From IMG/VR virus record IMGVR_UViG_3300048121_000993, positions 22,369-86,368 of that record: DNA of 64,000 bases, one strand, 5' to 3'. The first letter of the stretch is position 1. The number at the start of each line of letters is the position of its first letter. The DNA comes from a virus (lineage: Duplodnaviria; Caudoviricetes). The notes beneath the pieces are model-generated. The model saw only the letters and a program-made list of their open reading frames with translations. It was not told where the DNA came from and searched no databases. Made by a program: the position numbers and the translations under genes. This document shows, piece by piece, positions 49,239 through 59,413 of the stretch.

Positions 49239-50520
49239 AAAATTAATACCAGAGCGTTGGGTTGTTCATCACGATAATGCAGGTACAACAGTAAAAGAAA
49301 ATGATAAATGGAAAAACTTGCATAGCCCAAGTTGGTGTCCAGTTCCCTTTAATACAATAAGTTGGCATCCATCTGGAATAGTAAGTCGTTGCATGATGAG
49401 TGACGATCCAATGGGAACTTCACATGAAAGTGATGTAATGCAAGAACTACGAAAAAACATGCTTGCTGGTAAGTGGGATACACATGGATGTTTAAACTGT
49501 TTACAAAAAGAACGCAATGGTTTTAAAAGCCAGCGTATGAATTGGTTACATCATGACTTCAGAGAAAGACTTGGAGATCCTGAACCATATACTAATCCAA
49601 AAATAACTGGAAATAAGATAAGTCATTTATTTGTGAACTTTTCAAATGTATGTAATTTTAAATGTAGAATGTGCAATGCAAACTTTAGTAACAGTTTAAT
49701 TCCAGAAAACAAACATATGTACTCATTGTTTCCTGAAGAATATCATAAGGTTCCTTTACAACAAACAAAAAACTTTAATAATATTAATGAATACTTAGAA
49801 GCAACTCCAGAAGTATTAGATGGAATAACAAGCATATGGATGACTGGTGGTGAACCATTTATGGATGATAGTCCATACAAACTAATGGAGCTTATTGAAG
49901 AATATGGGCATCCAGAAAAGATTAAGATGGTTATTACTACTAATGGGTCTAAATTAGATTTTAACAAATTAAGTAAATTTAATAAACTAAAAAGTCTTAT
50001 ACTAGATATTAGTATAGATGCAGTAGGACCTATGTTTGAATACATGCGTAGTAATGGAGTATTTACATGGAGTCAAATGGAAGCAACATGTGGACAGTTG
50101 AAAAATTTTAAAGAAACTAACAAAGAGTGGTTTAAATTTCAAATTAATAGCAGTTACCAAATATTTAATTATGATAATACTTGGGACTTTTTAGAGTTTA
50201 TTGATGATCATGAATGTGATAGTAATATGAGATTGGTTGTGTATCCTGAACATTTGAGAGCAGGAAATTTACCACAAAGTTTTAAAAACGAAGCATATGC
50301 TATGTGTGATAAAATAGAATTGCGATACGGAAACAAAGATCAACATCAGATTAAAATGTTAGACGATATAAGACAAGCGTTAAGTGTAGAAGAAAAACAC
50401 TATAAATCATTTAAACGAGTTGTAACAGAACAAGACAAGTTTAGAGGAAAGTACTTATATGAATATAATGAGAAACTTGGTGAACTGCTTTATGGAACTA
50501 AACAACAATGCCTATTTTAA
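49228..50520 (+). CDS. radical SAM protein, tandem paralog of 48039
   Basis: WCPVPF..RC, CLNC, CNFKCRMC, TGGEP. Confidence 0.9.
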   Translation: MTDKKLIPERWVVHHDNAGTTVKENDKWKNLHSPSWCPVPFNTISWHPSGIVSRCMMSDDPMGTSHESDVMQELRKNMLAGKWDTHGCLNCLQKERNGFKSQRMNWLHHDFRERLGDPEPYTNPKITGNKISHLFVNFSNVCNFKCRMCNANFSNSLIPENKHMYSLFPEEYHKVPLQQTKNFNNINEYLEATPEVLDGITSIWMTGGEPFMDDSPYKLMELIEEYGHPEKIKMVITTNGSKLDFNKLSKFNKLKSLILDISIDAVGPMFEYMRSNGVFTWSQMEATCGQLKNFKETNKEWFKFQINSSYQIFNYDNTWDFLEFIDDHECDSNMRLVVYPEHLRAGNLPQSFKNEAYAMCDKIELRYGNKDQHQIKMLDDIRQALSVEEKHYKSFKRVVTEQDKFRGKYLYEYNEKLGELLYGTKQQCLF

Positions 50521-51242
50521 GACCACCACATAAAAGTTATACAGTTGTATTTGAAGAAGGCCTTCCTGGAGATTGGCTTGGATGGTTTATTAATAAACAC
50601 TATAAATTTCCACAAATAAAGCCTTTACAGATAAGAGACGGAAGAATAGGACACCAGGGTAGGTATTGGACTCCTATAGATAGAAGTATATATAATAAAC
50701 ATGGCGAAAGTTGGAGTGAAAAGTCATTTCCATTCAATACAGTTATTGACAAAGCATTAGAAATGGGCTACGGCGACTTTGAAAAACTAATATTTAAAGT
50801 TGGACCAAAGGGCCATTACTTAAATTACTTGTATGAAAACTTTGATGCTATTCATACCAAAGAGGCAAACATAACAAATCATATAGTAGTAGAATTCTCA
50901 GATAATGATATGCTTTCATTATACGAAAACGAAATAGAAGATAGACGAGGCAACTTAGAATCTCACTATAAGCATTTAAAAATACTTGATGGAGTTGATG
51001 CAAGTACAGCCGAACGAGAAGCTGCAGAAGAAGTGATGCAAGATAGTTATTCAACCTATAAACAAAAGTTTAATGAACGTGGAATTCATGTAGATAAAAT
51101 AGATGTAAGTAAAATTATGAAACATGATGTATATGAGTATTATAGATTATGCTTAATAATTGACAGCCCACCTTTAACAAACTGGCGAGAATTAGCTACT
51201 GATTTTGTAGAATTCAGTTTACAAAATTATAAAACAGATTGA
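50508..51242 (+). CDS. hypothetical, paralog family with 18963/19645
   Basis: GLPGDWLGWFINKH..F; IDVSKIM..D..EY...NW. Confidence 0.7.
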   Translation: MPILRPPHKSYTVVFEEGLPGDWLGWFINKHYKFPQIKPLQIRDGRIGHQGRYWTPIDRSIYNKHGESWSEKSFPFNTVIDKALEMGYGDFEKLIFKVGPKGHYLNYLYENFDAIHTKEANITNHIVVEFSDNDMLSLYENEIEDRRGNLESHYKHLKILDGVDASTAEREAAEEVMQDSYSTYKQKFNERGIHVDKIDVSKIMKHDVYEYYRLCLIIDSPPLTNWRELATDFVEFSLQNYKTD

Positions 51243-51301
51243 CAAATAGCATAATTTACGCTATAATGTAAATGTAACAAATTTACTATGGAGCGTAAAA
51301 T

Positions 51302-51739
51302 ATGACGATGCAATTACTTGGTCCACATATGACCACAACTCAATATAGTCGGAAGAAAAGCAAAAAGGCTTTGAGTCCAGTAAAACTAGAAAAACTACGT
51401 GTACAATGGCGACAACACAACAAAGATTGTCGTAGGCGACATATCCACTCGGCACAGTTTGCAGAGTTTGATGATTATGTTGCATATGTAAGCGGTACAT
51501 ACAAAGCCCCAAAAAGCACAGCAAAGCCTAAAGCATACGAACCTCCTAAGGTGCGTGAAACAACACATTATCCAAGTCTTAGCAATAATGTTAGTGGTAA
51601 TGGCACACGCAAAGAGCCAATGCAATACACAGGCGAACGCAAATTACTAGGCATTGCAACAATGCACAAAAGTAATATGGTTCCTATCTTTGAAGATCAA
51701 AAAGAACAGGCAGTCGAAATAGCACAAATGAGGCGCTAA
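51302..51739 (+). CDS. conserved T4-like phage hypothetical
   Basis: YTG..LLGIATMHKSNMVPIF; TTGACA-17-TATAAT upstream. Confidence 0.8.
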   Translation: MTMQLLGPHMTTTQYSRKKSKKALSPVKLEKLRVQWRQHNKDCRRRHIHSAQFAEFDDYVAYVSGTYKAPKSTAKPKAYEPPKVRETTHYPSLSNNVSGNGTRKEPMQYTGERKLLGIATMHKSNMVPIFEDQKEQAVEIAQMRR

Positions 51740-52038
51740 TGACAAAAGTTTGGAGTGTTACTATCAAAGGCAAAAACGACACAGTTGTAATGACTGATGA
51801 ACAAGCAATGATAGTTAAAATGAAGTTTGCACCAAACATCGATATGCATGACTTAACTACACTACATGGACTAACACCAGAATACTTACACAAAATAGAA
51901 CGAAATAAATCATTTGAAGGCGAAGATAAAAGTCTACTTTGGATGAAAAACAGTCTAGAAATGGGAGTATATGGCGGTTGGCCAGGTGAGTATGAGAAAG
52001 CAGTCTGGGAATATCAAGACCTAATTAATATGAAATAA
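51739..52038 (+). CDS. hypothetical protein
   Basis: TAATG coupling. Confidence 0.7.
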   Translation: MTKVWSVTIKGKNDTVVMTDEQAMIVKMKFAPNIDMHDLTTLHGLTPEYLHKIERNKSFEGEDKSLLWMKNSLEMGVYGGWPGEYEKAVWEYQDLINMK

Positions 52039-52042
52039 AAGG

Positions 52043-52071
52043 TTGACAACCAAGACATCTTGTCGTATAAT
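52043..52071 (+). promoter_or_regulatory. early promoter with AAGACATCTT spacer box
   Basis: TTGACA-accAAGACATCTTgtcg-TATAAT. Confidence 0.85.
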
Positions 52072-52104
52072 ATATACATAATGTTAGAAAAAAGAGGAAT
52101 AAAG

Positions 52105-52686
52105 TTGGAAGATAAAATCATACTTACAGATTGCGATGGTGTACTACTTGATTGGGAAAGTGCGTTTCATAAATGGATGGAATCACATGGACATGTTAAA
52201 GTAGCACATGGAATGTACGATATTAGTCAACAGTATGGGTTTGAAAAGGCTCAAGGTAAACAACTAATTAAAATATTTAACGAAAGTGCATGGATGGGCT
52301 ATTTAAAAGCATTCCGTGATGCACGAAGTGGTGTTGCTAAACTATACGAACATGGATACCGATTTCATTGTATTACAAGTTTAAGTTTAGACAAAAAAGC
52401 AATTCGTCTAAGAAAGTACAACTTAGAGAATGTATTTGGTAAGGGTACTTTTAAAGAAGTACTATGTTTGGATACTGGTGCAGACAAAGACGAAGCATTG
52501 GCACCATATGTTGGAAGTGATGCATTTTGGATCGAGGACAAACTCGAAAATGCAGAGTGTGGGGCTAAGTTAGGATTAAAAAGTATTCTACTAAAACACG
52601 ATCATAACAAAGATGAAGTCTTAATGGACGGAATAAAAATGGCAGGCAATTGGGCCGATATAGTTGACATGATTGTCAACAGTTAA
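52105..52686 (+). CDS. HAD-superfamily hydrolase (5'-nucleotidase-like)
   Basis: LTDCDGVLLDW, ITS, WIEDK; start inferred from the RBS. Confidence 0.8.
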   Translation: MEDKIILTDCDGVLLDWESAFHKWMESHGHVKVAHGMYDISQQYGFEKAQGKQLIKIFNESAWMGYLKAFRDARSGVAKLYEHGYRFHCITSLSLDKKAIRLRKYNLENVFGKGTFKEVLCLDTGADKDEALAPYVGSDAFWIEDKLENAECGAKLGLKSILLKHDHNKDEVLMDGIKMAGNWADIVDMIVNS

Positions 52687-52687
52687 T

Positions 52688-53422
52688 TTATTCTTCGTCT
52701 CCGTAAATAGTTAGAACTTCAGTAACAGCGACATGTCGTTCAACATCACCTTTGGTAAAGCTGACAACTCCAATTATATCACTACCTCTTTGTTCTAGTA
52801 GTTTTACGAAATTTTTAAGACCGTTGTCTTCGAATCCACGGTCGTGTTGTGCTAAGTCTCCTGTTACAATAATTTTAGAATTCTCGCCAATGCGTGTTAA
52901 TAACATCTTCATTTGAGATGGTGTCGCATTTTGCATTTCGTCTGCTATAATCCAAGAATTCTTAAAAGTTCTACCACGCATATATGCCAGTGGTGCAATC
53001 TCGATAATGTTCTCATTAATCATATTTTCGATTGTACTTGGTGACCAATATTCTTCCATTACGTCAAATATAGGTCTTGTCCATGGTGCCATTTTTTCTA
53101 CTAATGTTCCTGGTAGAAAACCATGTTGTTCATCAACACTAACCGCAGGTCGTGTAATAACAATTTTACTACATAAGTTTGAATTGTATGCGTCAATAGC
53201 CGCTAACACGCCTAGCAATGTTTTACCTGTACCTGCAGGTCCCATTGCAAACACAATGTTACGTTTTTCATCGTCAAGAAGCTCTACATAATCTTCTTGT
53301 GCGAGATTACGTGGAACAATTTGTACATGTCGTTTTCTGTGTGCGTTGAGTTGGACTATCTTATCCTGTGAATGTTCTTGTTGATATTGTTGTTTTTTTG
53401 TTTTTCGAGCTCGTTTAGCCAT
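52688..53422 (-). CDS. phoH: PhoH-like ATPase
   Basis: GPAGTGKT, TRPAV, GFLPG, AYMRGRTF, DEMQN, GDLAQ. Confidence 0.95.
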   Translation of the reverse strand: MAKRARKTKKQQYQQEHSQDKIVQLNAHRKRHVQIVPRNLAQEDYVELLDDEKRNIVFAMGPAGTGKTLLGVLAAIDAYNSNLCSKIVITRPAVSVDEQHGFLPGTLVEKMAPWTRPIFDVMEEYWSPSTIENMINENIIEIAPLAYMRGRTFKNSWIIADEMQNATPSQMKMLLTRIGENSKIIVTGDLAQHDRGFEDNGLKNFVKLLEQRGSDIIGVVSFTKGDVERHVAVTEVLTIYGDEE

Positions 53423-53570
53423 GTGTTCTCCTATTTGGATGCTTGGGCCCTTTACTGCCTGCTCATATGTATTTAACACTTTGAGAATTAAGTTAAGTTA
53501 GCATAAAAAGAATAAAAGTTGACACTACGAACTAACTGTCATAAATAAGTATATATTAAAGGAATTCACA

Positions 53571-54098
53571 ATGGATCAAAATTATATTTTAAACAACCTA
53601 AGAGCAAACACTAGTCGAGATAGTGCGTTAGAAACACTAATGGACTTTGAGCGTGTAATGGATAATGCCAACATTTATGCATATAAAAACTGGATGGAAG
53701 GCGAAATCGTCGAAGGTCCACATATTGATAGATATTGGGTAACAGTTACATTAATGTATTATAAGAATCAAATGCCAGATCCTGAAGGTGCAATGCGTTT
53801 AACAAGAAATGGTTGTAAAGTATATTTTGCAGAAGAAGAATACATTACGGCTGCTAAACTAAGAAGTCCAGACGACAGTGAAGGACAAGACGGAGCAGAC
53901 GGTAGAAGACCAGGGCAAACTCGTGCTAAAAGAGTTATTAAGCCTATTTGGTTAGTAACAATAGTAATGCCTAGAAAATATATGAATGATGTAGAAGCAG
54001 CTAAATTGCGTGTTGATGATCAAGGTATTGATAGTAATGCAGTAGAGCAAGCATACACAGATGAAATATCTGCAGCAGACGAAGGATTAGACTTATGA
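53571..54098 (+). CDS. hypothetical protein
   Basis: 175 aa; late-type promoter upstream. Confidence 0.75.
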   Translation: MDQNYILNNLRANTSRDSALETLMDFERVMDNANIYAYKNWMEGEIVEGPHIDRYWVTVTLMYYKNQMPDPEGAMRLTRNGCKVYFAEEEYITAAKLRSPDDSEGQDGADGRRPGQTRAKRVIKPIWLVTIVMPRKYMNDVEAAKLRVDDQGIDSNAVEQAYTDEISAADEGLDL

Positions 54099-54562
54099 GC
54101 ATACAACACAATGATTTAATAGATTTAGTACAATCAACATTTAGTGTAGATCAATACAAAAGTAAAATAGGCGATGATAAGAATGTTGTAGTATTAGCAT
54201 TTGAAGTTAAAGATGCCGATCCAGCAAAAGATTTAAGTCTGTTTATTGAAACAGGACATGACTGTATTGATGTAGATGTATCGCCGGGTCCAGACAAAGA
54301 CGGAAATTACAAAGTCTTTGTTGAATTACAACGAAACAGTAAGTTATTTGATTCAATTGATAACATACTAAAAGATATCACTCGTGTAGACGAATCAGCA
54401 AACAGCTTTATGTTTAATGCATACAAAAGCGATATGCCTTCAAATTGGAATAGACAAAACTTTGAAAGTAGTGTATACTCAAGTAGTTACGATTATGAAA
54501 TGGCCACTAACCCAAAAGCTCAAGAAATATCGGAACGCATTAAATTTTTAAACAAGTATTAA
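54095..54562 (+). CDS. hypothetical protein
   Basis: 155 aa, coupled. Confidence 0.75.
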   Translation: MSIQHNDLIDLVQSTFSVDQYKSKIGDDKNVVVLAFEVKDADPAKDLSLFIETGHDCIDVDVSPGPDKDGNYKVFVELQRNSKLFDSIDNILKDITRVDESANSFMFNAYKSDMPSNWNRQNFESSVYSSSYDYEMATNPKAQEISERIKFLNKY

Positions 54563-54566
54563 TATT

Positions 54567-55040
54567 ATGATATTAGGAAAACTTAAATTACTTCTTATAA
54601 TGACTGCTGTACTCGGTGCAGTAGGATTAGGTGCGTGGAAGTATTACACATACACACAAGAACAAATTCGTGTATATGCCACAAACGCCGCAACTGCCGA
54701 ACAAGCCGCAGAAGCTTCACAGGCCGCATTTGTATCAGTACAAAAAGATTTAGCAGAAGTACAAAAACAATTTAATGAAGTAAGCAAAGAATTTGCATCA
54801 GCACAATCACGTGTTGATACACTTGAAGAAAAACTAAGCGAACATGACTTAGGTCAACTTGCACAAGCAAGACCTGGATTAGTTGAAAAAATAATTGACA
54901 AAGCCAGTAACAACGTAGCAAGATGTATAGAGATACTAAGCGGTTCACCATTAACGGAGAAAGAAATCAATGTTACAAAAAAATCAAAAGCCAATACTGA
55001 ATGTCCTGGCATTGCTAATCCTAACTACGTTCCTAAGTAG
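54567..55040 (+). CDS. i-spanin (Rz)-like
   Basis: N-terminal TM, periplasmic coiled coil, C-terminal Cys. Confidence 0.6.
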   Translation: MILGKLKLLLIMTAVLGAVGLGAWKYYTYTQEQIRVYATNAATAEQAAEASQAAFVSVQKDLAEVQKQFNEVSKEFASAQSRVDTLEEKLSEHDLGQLAQARPGLVEKIIDKASNNVARCIEILSGSPLTEKEINVTKKSKANTECPGIANPNYVPK

Positions 55041-55419
55041 TTGTGCAACTACCCCACAGGTAATTTCATATAAAGCAGAGCCTATTGAAAAGCCAGCACT
55101 AGTATTACCTGCAACGGGTACACTAGAATTAAGAGATGCTGATTGGGATATTATTACACCAGATGCATTGGGTCAAGTGTTTGATAAGTTACAAGCAGAT
55201 GGCGAACCTGTAGTTATATATGCATTAACAACAGAAGGCTATGAGCAACTTTCATTAAACATGGCAGATATACTTAAATTGTTATCACAACAAAAAGCAA
55301 TTATTGAAGCATACAAAGAATACTACGAACAAACAGAAAAAAATATAGATGATTACAACAGCAAAAACAAAGAAGTTCCTGTTGAAAAAACAGGAATACT
55401 CGATAAATTTCTTAATTAA
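54970..55419 (+). CDS. o-spanin (Rz1)-like lipoprotein
   Basis: Lipobox LSSC; overlaps the end of the i-spanin gene. Confidence 0.6.
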   Translation: MLQKNQKPILNVLALLILTTFLSSCATTPQVISYKAEPIEKPALVLPATGTLELRDADWDIITPDALGQVFDKLQADGEPVVIYALTTEGYEQLSLNMADILKLLSQQKAIIEAYKEYYEQTEKNIDDYNSKNKEVPVEKTGILDKFLN

Positions 55420-55464
55420 AAACACTAACGTTTAAGGCTCTTCATAATGTCAATAAATACTACG

Positions 55465-56145
55465 ATGAAGAAAATGAACAATCCTTGGTTTATACTCGGC
55501 CTCGAACCAGGTGCTACATTTAAAGAGGTCAAATTAGCATACAAAAAATTAGCTCTAAAAAATCACCCAGACAAGGGCGGTACTATCGCAGACTGGTTGG
55601 CTATCAGTGATGCTTACGAAGAAATTCAAAAAAAGAATCATGTTCCTATATTAAAATCAACAGATGTGCAAATGATAGATCTAGCATTAACAATCGAACA
55701 ACAAATTAGTGGTGTAAATGATTATGTTAAAATTGATGAAGAAGAAGACTTATATTTAAAAGTAAATATTCCAGCAGGCGTACTAGCTGGAGATAAGTTT
55801 AAAATAACTGATAAGCGAAAAAAATATATAATAAATGTGAAAGAAAAGGCAAATAAAGTCTTTACAAGATCGGGAAATAATATTATAATGTATAAGACAT
55901 TGGATGTTATTGATGTAATGAAACTAAATTCATTTATGATAATGACACCAACAGGAGAACGCTGTGAAATTGATATTCCAATAGATACAGTGACAGGAAG
56001 TATAATAGTGCTAAAGGGACATGGGTTATACAATAGAAAGAGTAAAAGAAAAGGTAATTTAAGGATACATATAAAGGTGAAGATACCTTACTTAAATAGT
56101 ACTAATATAGAAGAATTTATAACGAGGTTAAGGACAAATGACTGA
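55465..56145 (+). CDS. J-domain co-chaperone (CbpA/DnaJ type II-like)
   Basis: AYKKLALKNHPDKGG plus DnaJ C-terminal motifs (IPAG, LKGHGL, GNL). Confidence 0.85.
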   Translation: MKKMNNPWFILGLEPGATFKEVKLAYKKLALKNHPDKGGTIADWLAISDAYEEIQKKNHVPILKSTDVQMIDLALTIEQQISGVNDYVKIDEEEDLYLKVNIPAGVLAGDKFKITDKRKKYIINVKEKANKVFTRSGNNIIMYKTLDVIDVMKLNSFMIMTPTGERCEIDIPIDTVTGSIIVLKGHGLYNRKSKRKGNLRIHIKVKIPYLNSTNIEEFITRLRTND

Positions 56146-58393
56146 TATTGAAAAAATTGTAATAACTGCTATCAATTTAGCAAAGAAATTAAAACACGAA
56201 TATGTAACTATTGAACATTTAGCAGCAGTTATTTTAGATGACCCACAAGTGCAAGCAATGTGTTTTGAAATAAATGCCGATTTTGAAACTTTGCAAATTG
56301 CATTAGTAGAGTACCTGGAAAAACATTGTAACGAATTAGTTAAGAATGATAACGAGGAACCAAATCCTTTTAAAACACAAATGCTTGAAAGAGTATTTAA
56401 TAGAGCATTAACACAAGCATTGTTTCAAGGTAAAAAACATCTTAATCAATTAGACTTAGTATTAAGTATATTAGGCGAAGAAAATAGTATAGCGGCACAG
56501 TACGCAGAGCAGATGGGTCTTAACAAAAACAAAGTTATAGGTTGGATGCAAGAAACACAAGCACTAGAAAATGAACAAATTTTTGGACCTTCAGATAGTT
56601 TGGGAGATCCTCGTAGACCTCAAGGTGCAATGACACCTAGAGATGTATTAGCACAGTTTTGTACTAACATGAATGAAGCATATGATGAGTATGATGACTT
56701 AATTGGTCGTAGACACGAATTAAAAGAATTAGTACAAGCAGTAGCACGAAAGAAAAAGTCTAATGCTATTTTAACAGGCGGAAGCGGTGTTGGTAAAACA
56801 GCAGTTGTACAAGGACTAGCAAAACTTATTGTAGAAGGACATGTTCCTGATATTATTAAAGATAAGGTTGTGTGGGAATTAGATATGACTAAATTAGTTG
56901 CCGGTACAAAATACAGAGGTGACTTTGAAGAACGCATGAAGCAATTAGGCGAAGCATTAATACAAGAGCCTAATATTATTTTGTTTGTAGATGAGATACA
57001 CACAATCATTGGTGCAGGTAGTACAAATGGTACTATGGATGCAGGTAATATGTTAAAGCCAGCATTAAGCAATGGTAAACTAAAAGTTATTGGCGCAACT
57101 ACAGATGAAGAGTATAGAAAAGTATTTGAAAAAGAAACAGCACTAGCACGTAGATTTACAAAAGTTGTTGTATCAGAACCTAACTTAATAGACGCAAAAG
57201 AAGTTGTTTATAACTCGCTAATATCATATGAAGCATTTCACGATGTTACTATTAGACCAGAAGCAGCAGATCTTTCAGTTGAATTAAGTAATCAATATAT
57301 CTTTAACAAGAAACTTCCAGATAAAGCATTTGATATTATTGATAGAGCATGTGCATTTAATAGAATATTACCACCCGAAGAACGCTTAGACATATTGGGC
57401 GAAGATGAAATTAAAGCAGAGGTGGCAAGACTAACTGGTATTCCAAAAGAACATTTAGGAAAAGCAGAAGACGAATCAACAAACAAAAAGCACTCAGAAG
57501 TTAGAGAGTTTTTAGAAAGCACAGTATTCGGTCAACAAGCGGCAATTGATTGCGTAGTTGACAGTATTACAGTTAGCATGGCAGGACTTAAAGATCCTAT
57601 TAAACCTATTGCAAGTTATTTGCTTACAGGTCCAACAGGTGTTGGTAAAACAGAACTTGCTAAACGTTTAGCACAGTCAATGAGCATGAAACTATGTAGA
57701 TACGATATGGCAGAATATCAAGAACGCCACACAGTATCAAAACTAATTGGTTCACCTCCAGGATATGTAGGACACGGTGATGGTAAAGCAGGTGATGGTT
57801 TACTTATTAACCAATTAGAAGATAATCCTAATTGTGTGTTATTATTGGACGAAGTAGAAAAAGCACACCCAGATTTAATGAGCGTATTGTTAAGTTTATT
57901 AGATGAAGGTACAATTACATCAAGTACAGGTAAAGTAGTAAGTGCCAAGAACGCTATTGTTATTATGACAAGTAACCTTGGAGCCAGAGACGCGGCAGTT
58001 AAAAGCATTGGCTTTAATGAAGAAACATATAATGCAAAAGCAGTAGACGATGCAGTAAACAATTACTTTGCACCAGAGTTCCGTAACAGACTAGATGGTG
58101 TTGTTAAGTTTAATGCACTAACAAGAAACGACATGAAGCGTATTGTTATTAAGTTCTTAGGTGAACTTGAAACATATGTAGAAGGCAGACACATTGTAAT
58201 TAATTGGGGTCCTGAACTATTAGCAATGCTAGAAGATAAAGGATACGACCCGGCAATGGGTGCAAGGCCACTTGCAAGGTTAATTAATGAAAGTGTTAAA
58301 CTTCCATTAGCAAAACACTTGCTAGATCACAACAAAGATTTTACATTGGATCTAGACTGGAAAAAAGACGCACTAACTATTAATGGAAAATAA
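56138..58393 (+). CDS. clpA: ATP-dependent Clp protease ATPase ClpA
   Basis: HEYVTIEHL N-domain, two AAA modules (GVGKT twice), AGTKYRGDFEER, IGF loop; no ClpB middle domain. Confidence 0.93.
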   Translation: MTDIEKIVITAINLAKKLKHEYVTIEHLAAVILDDPQVQAMCFEINADFETLQIALVEYLEKHCNELVKNDNEEPNPFKTQMLERVFNRALTQALFQGKKHLNQLDLVLSILGEENSIAAQYAEQMGLNKNKVIGWMQETQALENEQIFGPSDSLGDPRRPQGAMTPRDVLAQFCTNMNEAYDEYDDLIGRRHELKELVQAVARKKKSNAILTGGSGVGKTAVVQGLAKLIVEGHVPDIIKDKVVWELDMTKLVAGTKYRGDFEERMKQLGEALIQEPNIILFVDEIHTIIGAGSTNGTMDAGNMLKPALSNGKLKVIGATTDEEYRKVFEKETALARRFTKVVVSEPNLIDAKEVVYNSLISYEAFHDVTIRPEAADLSVELSNQYIFNKKLPDKAFDIIDRACAFNRILPPEERLDILGEDEIKAEVARLTGIPKEHLGKAEDESTNKKHSEVREFLESTVFGQQAAIDCVVDSITVSMAGLKDPIKPIASYLLTGPTGVGKTELAKRLAQSMSMKLCRYDMAEYQERHTVSKLIGSPPGYVGHGDGKAGDGLLINQLEDNPNCVLLLDEVEKAHPDLMSVLLSLLDEGTITSSTGKVVSAKNAIVIMTSNLGARDAAVKSIGFNEETYNAKAVDDAVNNYFAPEFRNRLDGVVKFNALTRNDMKRIVIKFLGELETYVEGRHIVINWGPELLAMLEDKGYDPAMGARPLARLINESVKLPLAKHLLDHNKDFTLDLDWKKDALTINGK

Positions 58394-58997
58394 TATAACA
58401 GTACTGCCTACAGAAACTGTATTTTATAGATACTTTGATACACGACTTAAAATAGTAAAAATACCACGCAACTTTCATTTTAAATACGATAAGTTTGATT
58501 CTCTAGCAAGACTACAATACAGAGTAGTAAAGGTGTATAGAAGCAAACATGAATATGATTGTAACTTATACACATCGAATACAGAAATTGTACAAGATGT
58601 ATTAAACAATTTTGAAGTAGAAGAAATAACTCAACCGTTAAATGAAACACATAGAGAACTACTACATAAGCGTGATAGAAAAGTAGTTATACGCAACAAG
58701 TTATGGTTTAACAGATACAAGCACAAAGTAACTGCATGGCATAATTGGGACAAGAATACAACCCGTGAAGAAAGTGTAAAAATGATTCAATGGGTATATG
58801 AACACTTTCCCAAAGGTGAGAATAGAATCGTATCCACCTCATATGGTTCCTACTTTGGAACAATTAATAGATTAGCACAACCACCCACTATATTCACAAA
58901 CAGTGAAGAAACTATGATGTTATACAAGTTAGCATACAGTGATATGCTTAGAATGACTATGGAAACTTGTATAACGCTTCAAGAATTGGATAATTGA
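58383..58997 (+). CDS. hypothetical protein
   Basis: 204 aa ORF. Confidence 0.7.
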   Translation: MENNITVLPTETVFYRYFDTRLKIVKIPRNFHFKYDKFDSLARLQYRVVKVYRSKHEYDCNLYTSNTEIVQDVLNNFEVEEITQPLNETHRELLHKRDRKVVIRNKLWFNRYKHKVTAWHNWDKNTTREESVKMIQWVYEHFPKGENRIVSTSYGSYFGTINRLAQPPTIFTNSEETMMLYKLAYSDMLRMTMETCITLQELDN

Positions 58998-59028
58998 TAA
59001 ATACTTGTAAGATTAAAGGAGATTATTA

Positions 59029-59400
59029 ATGGCTAGTTCTAACATAGTTCTAACAAATAAAAACGAACTTACATATACAAGTGACGCTGTAAAAGGCGAT
59101 GGTTACTATGGATTTGCTGACGGTTTACATACAATGAGTTTCCATGTAAGTAACTTTACTGGAAGAATTCACTTAGAAGCAACAATTGTAGAACAACCAA
59201 CAGAAAACGATTGGTTTCCTATTGATTTGGATAACTTAGCACCATATTTACAATATACTGCAGAAACTACTACCAAAGGTTCGACCTTTGAAGGTAACTT
59301 TGTTTATTTGCGTGTTAAAGTTGACAGATCATATTTAGGTGCAGGATCATATGATAAAGCACTGCATGGCGTTATTGACAAAGTCGTTGTGCTAATTTAA
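59029..59400 (+). CDS. putative virion protein
   Basis: Late-type promoter; beta-rich; precedes the tail fibre. Confidence 0.6.
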   Translation: MASSNIVLTNKNELTYTSDAVKGDGYYGFADGLHTMSFHVSNFTGRIHLEATIVEQPTENDWFPIDLDNLAPYLQYTAETTTKGSTFEGNFVYLRVKVDRSYLGAGSYDKALHGVIDKVVVLI

Positions 59401-59413
59401 AGGAGAAATACAC

